A stretch of DNA of 64,000 nt from Pseudomonadota bacterium. GTDB lineage: Bacteria > Pseudomonadota > Gammaproteobacteria > Steroidobacterales > Steroidobacteraceae. The notes below the pieces were generated by a model. The model saw nothing but the letters and a program-made list of their open reading frames with translations, had not been told where the DNA came from and did not search any database. Shown piece by piece: positions 55,973 to 64,000 of the stretch (position 1 is its first letter; the number at the start of each line of letters is the position of its first letter). The translations under genes were made by a program, and so were the position numbers. Location of the stretch: the NCBI GenBank assembly GCA_019352035.1, contig JABBNZ010000009.1:3989-67988 (forward strand), given 5' to 3'.

Positions 55973-56596
55973 CTAGTCAGAGCGCTCGGCCGTCAGCACG
56001 AAATGATACTGGAGAGGCTCCTGCTCGGTGACACGCAGGCCGGCGCGCTCGAGACGCACGCGCGCTTCGGCGGTGGTGTAAACGTGATCGCGCGGAGGAC
56101 CCACGGGCCGCTCGACCGCCGCATTCCAATCCACCACGACGACTCGCCCGTGCGGCTTCAGCAACGCGGCGAGCTGAGCCGTGGCCTCGTCGCCCAACTC
56201 GTGCAGCACGTTGATGGCGAGAACGGCATCGACGCTGCCGGAGAGGGCGGCAAGCTCGCGGCTGTGCCGGGGCGAGACGTTTGGCGCCTGCGCCAGAGCC
56301 GGGTTGGCGCGCAGTCGCTCGAGCATCTGGGGCTGCTCGTCGAGCGCCACGATCTGCAGGTCCGGGCGGCGGCGTGCGAGCTCCAACGCGAACAGACCCG
56401 TGCCGGTCCCGAAGTCGAGCACGCGGGCCCCCTCGGGAGCGGCCAGCAGCGCGAAGATCCGGTCGGGCGGCAGAATCTCGAACCGGGCGCGATCGTCCAG
56501 CATCGAGGCCCGCCGGGCATCGAAACGCTCGGGCTGGCGCGCACCCTGCCGGTCCTGACCGTGTCCGTGACCACCGTGATGGGAATGCTCGGGCAT
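55973..56596 (-). CDS. Class I SAM-dependent methyltransferase with His-rich N-terminus
   Basis: GAGGAGG lies upstream of ATG 56596. It starts MPEHSHHGGHGHG and has motif I VLDFGTGTGLFALELA. Confidence 0.8.
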   Translation of the reverse strand: MPEHSHHGGHGHGQDRQGARQPERFDARRASMLDDRARFEILPPDRIFALLAAPEGARVLDFGTGTGLFALELARRRPDLQIVALDEQPQMLERLRANPALAQAPNVSPRHSRELAALSGSVDAVLAINVLHELGDEATAQLAALLKPHGRVVVVDWNAAVERPVGPPRDHVYTTAEARVRLERAGLRVTEQEPLQYHFVLTAERSD

Positions 56597-56649
56597 CTGC
56601 GAATCCTCCTCTGAAAATATGATAATCCCGACCCGAGCGGGAGCTGCAA

Positions 56650-57516
56650 ATGATTGACATCGACGAGACAGTCTTCGAAGCCGAAGTGATTCGGGCATCG
56701 CATGCCACGGCGGTGCTGGTGGACTTCTGGGCGCCATGGTGCGGGCCCTGCCAGGCCCTCGGCCCGCTGCTCGAACGCCTGGAGCAGAGCTACGACGGCC
56801 GCTTCCGCCTGGTGAAGGTCAACTCGGACGTGAGCCCGGGAGTTGCCGCCCGGTATGGAGTGCGTGGGATCCCGAACGTCATTGCGTTCGTCGATGGCGA
56901 GCCGGTCGACCGCTTCGTCGGGGCGCTGCCGGAAAATGAGATACGCGCCTTCATCGATCGGGCCATTCCCGACGCTGCCGAGCGGCAACGCCGCAACGCG
57001 GCCAATCTGGCCGGAGCGGGACGGATCGAGGAGGCGGCGGCCGCCTTGCGCGCCGCCATCGAGCTGAACCCCGCCAATGAGTCCGCACACCTAGATCTGG
57101 CCGAGCTGCTGCTCGAGCGCATGCCGCCGCCGGTCGAGGCCGAGCGGCTGTCGCAAGCCGAGGAGGCCCTCGAGGCGGTCGGGCGGGCCGCGCGAGAAAG
57201 CCGGTGGCACGGGCTCGCAATGCGACTCTCCAGCCTGCGCGGCGCTGCCTCCCTGCCCCCCGTCGCGCAGCTGCTTTCCCGCGTGGCCGCCGAGCCCTCC
57301 GACTTGGGGGCGCGCGGCCAGCTCGCCCAAGCTCATATCGCGCAGCGCCAGCTCCCGCAGGCGCTCGAGCAGCTGCTGGAGATCGTCGCCCGCGGACGGG
57401 GCGAGACGCGCGAGGCGGCGCGGCTGCAGATCGTGGCCGTGCTGCAGCTGCTCGCCGATCAACCGCAGATCGCCTCGGATTATCGGCGCCGCCTGGCGCT
57501 CCTCCTGCACCGTTGA
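56650..57516 (+). CDS. Thioredoxin-domain protein with C-terminal TPR-like domain (YbbN/CnoX-like)
   Basis: It has the WAPWCGPCQ active site, followed by about 170 aa of helical TPR-like repeats. Confidence 0.85.
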   Translation: MIDIDETVFEAEVIRASHATAVLVDFWAPWCGPCQALGPLLERLEQSYDGRFRLVKVNSDVSPGVAARYGVRGIPNVIAFVDGEPVDRFVGALPENEIRAFIDRAIPDAAERQRRNAANLAGAGRIEEAAAALRAAIELNPANESAHLDLAELLLERMPPPVEAERLSQAEEALEAVGRAARESRWHGLAMRLSSLRGAASLPPVAQLLSRVAAEPSDLGARGQLAQAHIAQRQLPQALEQLLEIVARGRGETREAARLQIVAVLQLLADQPQIASDYRRRLALLLHR

Positions 57517-57645
57517 GCGCGCCCGCACGGCGTGACCGCGGCTACGTAATTCCACGTATTCCCGGGGCCCGCGCCAATCGCCAAGCTCAGGGACGGCCGC
57601 TGCCGCGGAGAGTGGTTTTTTATCCCTCATGCTGCCCGTGGAAAA

Positions 57646-59598
57646 ATGACCCAGCGACGCGCCGTGCCGAGCCCCCTCGATGACTTCCGGGTGCGTGACG
57701 TGAGCCCGCCAGGCCGCCCTTCCTCCGCGGAGGATCGCTGGCGGCTCTGGCCGGCGATCGCCCTCATCTTCGTGCCCTTCCTCGGGCTGATCGCGTTGCA
57801 GGGCTACCAGGTTCTCAGCCAGTCGCCGCGGACCACGCTCACCGAGCAGCTGGTCTCGCACAACATCGAGGTCATCCTCACCGCGCAATCGCTGAGAAGC
57901 GCGATCCAGAATGCCGAGCGGGGTCAGCGCGGCTACCTGCTCACGGGTGAGACCTCCTACCTCGCGCCGTACCAGGCGGCGGTCCTCAGCGTGCCGCCGC
58001 TCCTCAACCGCCTCACGGGTCTCACGGCATCCGATCCGGGACAGCAGCGCCAGATCGCCGCGCTGATCCCGCCGATCAACGCGAAGCTCGCGGAGCTTCG
58101 ACAGTCGATCGAGGTGTATCGGACGGCGGGATTTTCCGCGGCCAGGCGCATCGTGAAGTCCAACGCCGGCCTCGCTGACATGCAGTCGATCGAGCTCGGG
58201 ATCGACGGGATGATCGACACGGAGAGCAAGCACAGGTCCCGCCGGCTGGCGGCGCTCGCCGCGCAGGAAAGCAGGGTGGATCGGACGGCGATGGCGAGCG
58301 CCCTGCTCGCCCTCGTGCTCATGCTGTCCGGACTGATCCTCACCCTGCTCACCTTTCGCAGAGGCCGGCGCCTGCAGGATGAGATCCAGCGGCGCGCCGA
58401 GGAGGCGGCCGGCGCCAATCGACAGCTCGAGGAGCGCAACACGGAGCTCGCCCGCGCCGGCGATCTCGCCCGCGGCGCGAAGGAGGAAGCCCGGCGCGCC
58501 GAGCAGGCCAAGGGACGGTTCCTCGCGACCGCGAGCCATGACCTGCGCCAGCCGCTGCAGGCGGTCTCGCTCCTCAACGGCACGCTGCGGCGCATGGTGA
58601 GCGATCCGGACGTGACCGAGGCACTCAGGCAGCAGGATGAGGCGATCAGTGTCATGTCGAAGCTGCTCAACGCCCTGCTCGACATCAGCAAGCTCGAAGC
58701 GGGCGTGATCGAGCCGCAACCGAGGACCATTCCCCTCTCCCAGGTGCTCGCGGCCATGGAACTGGAGTTCCGGAGCATTGCCGCGAACAAAGGGCTCGAG
58801 CTTCAGGTCGTCGCGTGCGACGCCTGTGTGCGCACCGACCCCGGGCTCCTCGAGCAGATCCTGCGCAACCTGGTCTCGAACGCGATCAAATACACGCCTA
58901 CCGGGTCCGTACGCCTGCGCTCCGTATTGGATCCTCCGTGGGTGAGCATCGAAATCACGGATACCGGCGTCGGCATCCCGGCCGATCAGCTGCAGCTGAT
59001 CGGAGAGGAGTTCTACCAGATCGGCGTGCCGAGCAACAGCACCCGCGAGGGCTACGGGTTGGGGCTGAGCATCGTGCAGCGCCTGATCAAGCTGCTCGCG
59101 CTCGAGCTGAAAGTCACATCGGAGAAGGGCAAAGGCTCCATCTTTTCCGTCCGGCTCCGCCAGAGCGCGGCAGTGCCCACCCAGGAGCGCCCGCAAGCCG
59201 ACCCTGTGCGCGATCGTGAGGAACGGGACGTCGATGCCAGCATTCTTCTCGTCGAAGACGATCCTGATGTGCGCAATGCAACGCGGATGCTGCTCAGGAC
59301 GGAAGGCTACCGGGTAACGGCCGCTGCCTCCGTCGCGGAGGCGGTGCGGAGCCTCCAGGAGAATCGGCGCACCGATCTGCTCGTCACGGATTTTCACCTT
59401 GCCGGCGGCGAGACCGGCGTTCAGGTGATCTCGCGTCTGCGCGAGGAGCTCGGCGCGACGCTCAAGGCGGTCCTCATCACGGGGGATACCTCCTCGGCGA
59501 TCAAGGAGCTTGCGCATGACCCGAACCTGCGGATCGTCAGCAAGCCCGTCCAGGCGGAGGCGTTCCTCGAGCTCGTGCGCGTCCTGTTGATTGCGTGA
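57646..59598 (+). CDS. Hybrid sensor histidine kinase/response regulator with CHASE3 sensor domain
   Basis: It has CHASE3 (ERGQRGYLLTGETSYLAPY), a TM segment, a coiled coil, the H-box ASHDLRQPL, HATPase motifs (N, G1, G2) and a C-terminal receiver (LLVEDDPD...DLLVTDFHL...SKP). Confidence 0.9.
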   Translation: MTQRRAVPSPLDDFRVRDVSPPGRPSSAEDRWRLWPAIALIFVPFLGLIALQGYQVLSQSPRTTLTEQLVSHNIEVILTAQSLRSAIQNAERGQRGYLLTGETSYLAPYQAAVLSVPPLLNRLTGLTASDPGQQRQIAALIPPINAKLAELRQSIEVYRTAGFSAARRIVKSNAGLADMQSIELGIDGMIDTESKHRSRRLAALAAQESRVDRTAMASALLALVLMLSGLILTLLTFRRGRRLQDEIQRRAEEAAGANRQLEERNTELARAGDLARGAKEEARRAEQAKGRFLATASHDLRQPLQAVSLLNGTLRRMVSDPDVTEALRQQDEAISVMSKLLNALLDISKLEAGVIEPQPRTIPLSQVLAAMELEFRSIAANKGLELQVVACDACVRTDPGLLEQILRNLVSNAIKYTPTGSVRLRSVLDPPWVSIEITDTGVGIPADQLQLIGEEFYQIGVPSNSTREGYGLGLSIVQRLIKLLALELKVTSEKGKGSIFSVRLRQSAAVPTQERPQADPVRDREERDVDASILLVEDDPDVRNATRMLLRTEGYRVTAAASVAEAVRSLQENRRTDLLVTDFHLAGGETGVQVISRLREELGATLKAVLITGDTSSAIKELAHDPNLRIVSKPVQAEAFLELVRVLLIA

Positions 59599-59618
59599 GC
59601 AGGCGAAAGGAAAGCCCG

Positions 59619-61232
59619 CTACGCTGCGGCATCCGGCCATGAGACGCTCCCGAGGAGAGCCGCCGCGGCCAGCTCAGCCATCATGATGGTCGGAGCGTTG
59701 GTGTTGCCGCCGACGAGCTTGGGCATTGCCGAGGCATCGATGATCCGCAGCGCCTCCGTACCTCGCACCCGCAGGCCTGCGTCCAGCACGGCACTCGGAT
59801 CGCGGCCCATCCGACAGCTGCCGCAGGGGTGATAGATGGTCTCCGCCTTGCGCCTGACCACGGCCTCGAGCTCGCCGGCCGTCGTGACCCCCTCGCCCGG
59901 AAAGACCTCCGCGCCGCGGTAGGCGGCGAACGGCGCGGCACGGATGATATCGCGCGCGAGCCGTACGCCCTCGAGGAGAGCCTCGAGGTCGCCCTTCCCC
60001 GTCAGATATCCGGCCTGGATGCGCGGCGGGTCCAGCGGCCGCGGCGAGCGCAACGAGATCACGCCGCGGCTGCGAGGCCGCAGCACGCACGCATGCACCG
60101 TGAACCCATGGCCCGGCAGCCGGTTGCGGCCGTGATCGTCGAGCTGCGCGGGCACGAAGTGCAGCTGCAGATCCGGTCGAGCATCCGCAGCGAGCCGGCT
60201 GCGGACGAACCCTCCCGCCTCGGCAATGTTGCTGACACCGGGTCCGGAGTGCGTCAGGAAGTACCGCAGAGCGACGCCCACTTCCTGCAGTCGGGTGAAG
60301 TCGTAGCTGATCGGTTGTGTGCAGCGGCTGACGGTGCAGAAGTCGAGATGGTCCTGGAGGTTGCGGCCAACCTCGGGACTGTGTGCCACGACCGGCAGGC
60401 CGTGCCGGCGCAGATCCTGCGCCGGTCCGACGCCGGAGAGCAGCAATAGCTGCGGGGAGCCGATCGCGCCCGCTGACAGCAGCACTTCCCGCTCGGCTTG
60501 GACCTGCTCGCTGCCGCCCCGATGCCGGTATTCGACGCCCACGGCCCGTCTTCCCGCAAACACGACGCGCGTAACGAGGACCCCGGTGCGGATCTCGAGG
60601 TTCGCCCGGTGTCGGGCCGGCGCGAGATATGCGACGGCGGCACTGCACCGGCGGCCGAGGCGCTGCGTGACCTGATAGAAGCCAACGCCCTCCTGCCGGG
60701 CGCCGTTGAAGTCGTCGTTCCCCGGCAACCCGCACGCCCGACCTGCCGCGACGAATACCTGGCTCAGTGGATTACGGAACCTGAGATCCTCGACCGACAG
60801 CGGCCCGCCGACTCCGTGGTAGGCATCCGCTCCGCGAGCCTGATCTTCCGCCTTGCGGAAGAAGGGCAGCACGCGCTGCCAGCTCCACTGCTCGCCCGCG
60901 AGCGCCGCCCATTCGTCATAGTCGAGAGGATGGCCACGCGTGTAGCACATCGCGTTGATCGAGCTGCTGCCGCCGAGCACCCTGCCCCGCGGCCAATACA
61001 GGCGACGATTCTGCAGCTCCGGCTGCGGTTCCGTGTAATACCGCCAGTCGACGTGCGGGTCATTTACGATCCGCGCAAGGCCCGCGGGCATGTGGATCCA
61101 AGGGCTTGAGTCCGGGCCCCCGGCCTCAAGCAGGAGCACCCTCAAATCCGGGCGCGCGGACAGCCGGTTGGCGAGCACGCACCCCGCGGACCCTGCCCCG
61201 ACGATGATGTAGTCGAAAGTGTTGCGTCTCAT
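59619..61232 (-). CDS. GMC-family FAD oxidoreductase (choline/alcohol dehydrogenase-like)
   Basis: Contains FDYIIVGAGSAGCVLANRLS, the GMC signature GGSSSINAMCYTRG and a C-terminal HPCGSCRMG. The start is at MRRNTFDY (ATG 61232). Confidence 0.9.
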   Translation of the reverse strand: MRRNTFDYIIVGAGSAGCVLANRLSARPDLRVLLLEAGGPDSSPWIHMPAGLARIVNDPHVDWRYYTEPQPELQNRRLYWPRGRVLGGSSSINAMCYTRGHPLDYDEWAALAGEQWSWQRVLPFFRKAEDQARGADAYHGVGGPLSVEDLRFRNPLSQVFVAAGRACGLPGNDDFNGARQEGVGFYQVTQRLGRRCSAAVAYLAPARHRANLEIRTGVLVTRVVFAGRRAVGVEYRHRGGSEQVQAEREVLLSAGAIGSPQLLLLSGVGPAQDLRRHGLPVVAHSPEVGRNLQDHLDFCTVSRCTQPISYDFTRLQEVGVALRYFLTHSGPGVSNIAEAGGFVRSRLAADARPDLQLHFVPAQLDDHGRNRLPGHGFTVHACVLRPRSRGVISLRSPRPLDPPRIQAGYLTGKGDLEALLEGVRLARDIIRAAPFAAYRGAEVFPGEGVTTAGELEAVVRRKAETIYHPCGSCRMGRDPSAVLDAGLRVRGTEALRIIDASAMPKLVGGNTNAPTIMMAELAAAALLGSVSWPDAAA

Positions 61233-61350
61233 CGGACCCGCTCGCGTCAGCCTCGGCGTCTGCCCACGAGATCGTGCCACCTGCGAGCAGGATCTGCATG
61301 AGGCGCGTCTCCCGCGCCTCGATGACGGCGCGGAGCTTCCGGGAATCGGG

Positions 61351-61755
61351 CAATGTGCGGAAGGCCGCGTAACCGCGCTCGAGGCGTTCACGCGCTGCGC
61401 CGCCGCGGAGTATCATGACCTCGGCGTGCGCTTTACAGTCGTCAACATGCCGCTCGTGCGTACCGCGGTGGCGCCGAGCCGCGTCTATGAGCGGTTCCCC
61501 CTGCTGCGGCCCGAGCAGGCCGCCGGGATCCTCTGCAAGGCGGTCATCCACCGTCCGGCGCGGCTCGCGCCCCCGCTCGGCAGACTCGCGCAGATGGTCG
61601 AGGCGCTCGCCCCCGGCTTGAATCGCGCCGTCATGAGCGAGAGTTATCGGCTCCTGCCTGAATTGGAAGCGGCGGGCGGCCAGCCCGGCGCGCAGACACG
61701 CCTCGCGCCAGAGGCGCTCGCGATCGCGGCGCTCCTGCATGGCGTTCGAGGATGA
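61351..61755 (+). pseudogene. Short-chain dehydrogenase/reductase remnant (C-terminal third only)
   Basis: ALEAFTRCAAAEYHDLGVRFTVVNMPLVRT is the SDR region just after the YxxxK motif. The Rossmann N-terminus is absent and the expected YxxSKAAL region is degenerate, with a stop in frame. Its stop forms an ATGA overlap with the ALDH start. Confidence 0.6.
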
Positions 61756-63218
61756 GTCCGCAGGAGAATCAAGGGCCGGCCCACGGGGCCGTCACTGCCG
61801 GCCCGCCAGCCGCTGCCGAGGCGCTGCTCGAGCGCCAGCGCGCCGCATTCATCGCGGAAGGAACGGTCACGGCGCGTGTCCGCCTCGACAGGCTGGCTCG
61901 AGCGCTCGACCTGTTGGTCACCCATCAGCAGCGGTTCTGCGATGCCCTAGCCGAGGACTACGGCCAACGGCCGCCCGCCGTGACACTGCTGATGGACGTG
62001 TACCCCGCCGTGCAGGCGATACGCCACGCGCGGCGGAACTTGCGGCGTTGGATGCGGCCGCGGCACGTGAGCACCGGGTTACCGCTCGGCGTTCCGGGCA
62101 CGAGCAGTGAGATCCTGCATCAACCCCTCGGTGTGGTGGGGATCATCAGCCCGTGGAACTTCCCGGTCGCGCTCTCGTTCGGGCCGCTTGCGGCAGTGCT
62201 CGCGGCGGGCAACCGCTGCCTGATCAAGCCCTCGGAAATCACTCCGGCGACCACCGCCCTGATGCAGGAGCTGATCCGCAGGCATTTCGATCCGTCCGAG
62301 CTAGCGGTCGTGTGCGGGGGACCGGAGATCGCGGAGGCGTTCTCGCGGTTGCCGTTCGATCATCTGATGTTTACCGGGTCGACGGCAGTGGGGCGCAAGG
62401 TCATGGAGGCGGCGGCGCAGCATCTCGTGCCCCTCACTCTGGAGCTCGGCGGCAAATGCCCCGTCATCGTCGGCCGCTCGGCCGATCTCGGCCGAGCAGT
62501 CGATCGCATCCTCCTCGGCAAGCTGGCGAACGCCGGTCAGGTCTGTCTGGCTCCCGATCATGTGTTCGTCCCTCGCGAGATGCTCGAGCCTTTCGTGAGC
62601 GCAGCGCAATCCTGGGTCGGCCGGGCGTACCCAGCCTGGGCCACGAATCAGGACTACCCGAGCCTCATCTCAGCGCGCCATGCCGCACGCGCCCACGAGC
62701 TCGTCGCGGATGCCGTCTCCAAGGGCGGCCGGGCGGTCACGCTGCAGGACGCGCGGCCGGCGGCCCGGGACGAGCGGCGCTTCCCACCCACCCTGGTGCT
62801 CGATCCGACCGAGAGCATGCGCATCATGCGGGAGGAGATCTTCGCCCCGATTCTGCCGGTCCTGACCTACGACCGGCTCGAGGACCCGCTCCGTGAGATC
62901 GGCGGGCGACCACGCCCCCTCGCCCTCTACTACTTCGGCAGCGACAGCCGGGAGCTGGGCCAGATCCTCGGCCGGACCGTCTCGGGAGGAGTGACGGTGA
63001 ACGACATCGCCGCACACTTCATGGTGCAGAACCTGCCCTTCGGCGGCGTCGGAGCGAGCGGCATGGGCGCCTATCACGGCGAGCAGGGATTCAGGCAATT
63101 CAGCCATGCGCGCGCGATCTTCCGGCAGACTCGGCTCGATCTGGCGGGACTCATCGGCCTGCGGCCCCCCTATGGGGCGCGGATGCGCCGGTTTCTGGGA
63201 ATACTGCTTCGCAGGTGA
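61752..63218 (+). CDS. NAD(P)-dependent aldehyde dehydrogenase (coniferyl-aldehyde dehydrogenase-like, class 3)
   Basis: Contains FTGSTAVGRKVM, LELGGKCPVIV (catalytic Glu) and NAGQVCLAPDHV (catalytic Cys). Confidence 0.9.
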   Translation: MSPQENQGPAHGAVTAGPPAAAEALLERQRAAFIAEGTVTARVRLDRLARALDLLVTHQQRFCDALAEDYGQRPPAVTLLMDVYPAVQAIRHARRNLRRWMRPRHVSTGLPLGVPGTSSEILHQPLGVVGIISPWNFPVALSFGPLAAVLAAGNRCLIKPSEITPATTALMQELIRRHFDPSELAVVCGGPEIAEAFSRLPFDHLMFTGSTAVGRKVMEAAAQHLVPLTLELGGKCPVIVGRSADLGRAVDRILLGKLANAGQVCLAPDHVFVPREMLEPFVSAAQSWVGRAYPAWATNQDYPSLISARHAARAHELVADAVSKGGRAVTLQDARPAARDERRFPPTLVLDPTESMRIMREEIFAPILPVLTYDRLEDPLREIGGRPRPLALYYFGSDSRELGQILGRTVSGGVTVNDIAAHFMVQNLPFGGVGASGMGAYHGEQGFRQFSHARAIFRQTRLDLAGLIGLRPPYGARMRRFLGILLRR

Positions 63219-63514
63219 GCGGCGCCGGCTCGCGCTCGGGCGCCAGCCGCTCCGGCCGGCGACGTTGGCGCGCGACGGGCGCACGCATCAGCACTTCTAC
63301 GTGTTGGCGCGGCCGGAATCCGGCAATCTCGGGCTGTGTCCCGACCTGGGCCGCGCGGCCCGGGTTACGCTGTTATGATCATGCCAAGCCTCAGCCCGAT
63401 GGTACGCTCCCCCTTGACTCACACCGGCTACCGCGACCAGCCCGATCCGCAGGCGCCGCCGATCTCCTCGCTTCGTGATGATCCACCGTTGGCCGCCTGA
63501 CGTCACAGGCACGG

Positions 63515-63943
63515 TCATCGCATTCCGGACGCACGCCACAGTGGAACACCATCGGCTTCGCGCAGCCGCATGCTCTCACTGCCCTTCTTCACCTCCGAGG
63601 CGAGCAGGGCGGCCTTGCCCTCGTAGATCACCGGCGAGCCGGTGACTTCGATCAGGTCGTGCGGCGTCACCTTCATCGTTTGCCGATCCACAAACCAGCT
63701 TGGCCCGAGATGCACGGAGAGAACGCCCTTGGCGGTCTTCAGCATGAGGTGAACGCCAGCGTATCCGCGCCGGCCGTAGACGACTTTGTCGACGGAAATC
63801 ACCTCGCCGGAGATCGTCCAGACGGTTTGCGCGTTGTATCTGCCGCCATAAGCTCCGGTCACGGCGCCCTGGGCGAGGGACTCGCGCGGCGGCGCCAGCA
63901 TCAACACCGAGGCTGCGGCCGCCAGCACGAGAAGGGTTTTCAT
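63515..63943 (-). CDS. Hypothetical secreted protein
   Basis: AGGA lies 7 nt before ATG 63943. It has a signal peptide (MKTLLVLAAAASVLMLAPP) and the motif HLGPSWFVDRQ...GDxIEVTGS. I cannot name the family. Confidence 0.55.
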   Translation of the reverse strand: MKTLLVLAAAASVLMLAPPRESLAQGAVTGAYGGRYNAQTVWTISGEVISVDKVVYGRRGYAGVHLMLKTAKGVLSVHLGPSWFVDRQTMKVTPHDLIEVTGSPVIYEGKAALLASEVKKGSESMRLREADGVPLWRASGMR

Positions 63944-64000
63944 GATTCGATCCTGCAATGAATGAAAGAGTTCGCGATCATTTTTACCGCCACGGCGCGG

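Noticed and set aside
57091-59640. An 849-aa minus-strand ORF.
   Set aside because: It is antisense to the hybrid histidine kinase, and its translation is low in complexity.

Overview
This is a 64-kb chromosomal window from a high-GC, Gram-negative-type genome, probably proteobacterial. Evidence for that: lipoboxes, OmpA, and RND/NodT/EmrAB efflux genes. It is densely coding on both strands. I saw no rRNA, tRNA or CRISPR array. All family names come from my reading of the translations and from memory; no database search was run.

Most genes are ordinary metabolism and envelope functions:
- icd-NUDIX-aceK
- a tightly overlapping ppgK / aminotransferase / omega-amidase / Cys-Met-PLP operon
- a gamma-glutamyl-polyamine module (GS-like, PuuD-like, PuuB-like)
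- asd, rlmL, sodB and an M16 peptidase
- an esterase / PLP-enzyme / dehydrogenase operon
- HxlR-AzoR-pirin
- RND, ABC-2 and MarR-EmrAB-OMF efflux loci
- trehalase, uup, a POT transporter, a CHASE3 hybrid kinase, and GMC oxidoreductase plus aldehyde dehydrogenase

The main things worth a second look:
1. A tandemly duplicated, uncharacterised three-gene cassette at 39.2-41.5 kb. It encodes a small winged-helix-like protein plus two paralogous 3-TM miniproteins. Each copy has its own hairpin, promoter-like element and an upstream mini-ORF whose stop overlaps the GTG start.
2. A textbook-looking leader-peptide attenuator upstream of asd: a Lys/Thr/Ile-rich 26-codon ORF with 1:2, 2:3 and 3:4 alternative pairings.
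3. A 5'-truncated, frameshifted group II intron remnant with a recognisable domain V, sitting between two co-oriented genes.
4. A 262-bp intergenic element bounded by perfect 25-bp inverted repeats.
5. Several gene remnants and small unannotated ORFs.

The many long Arg/Ala/Gly/Pro-rich ORFs antisense to real genes are high-GC artefacts.
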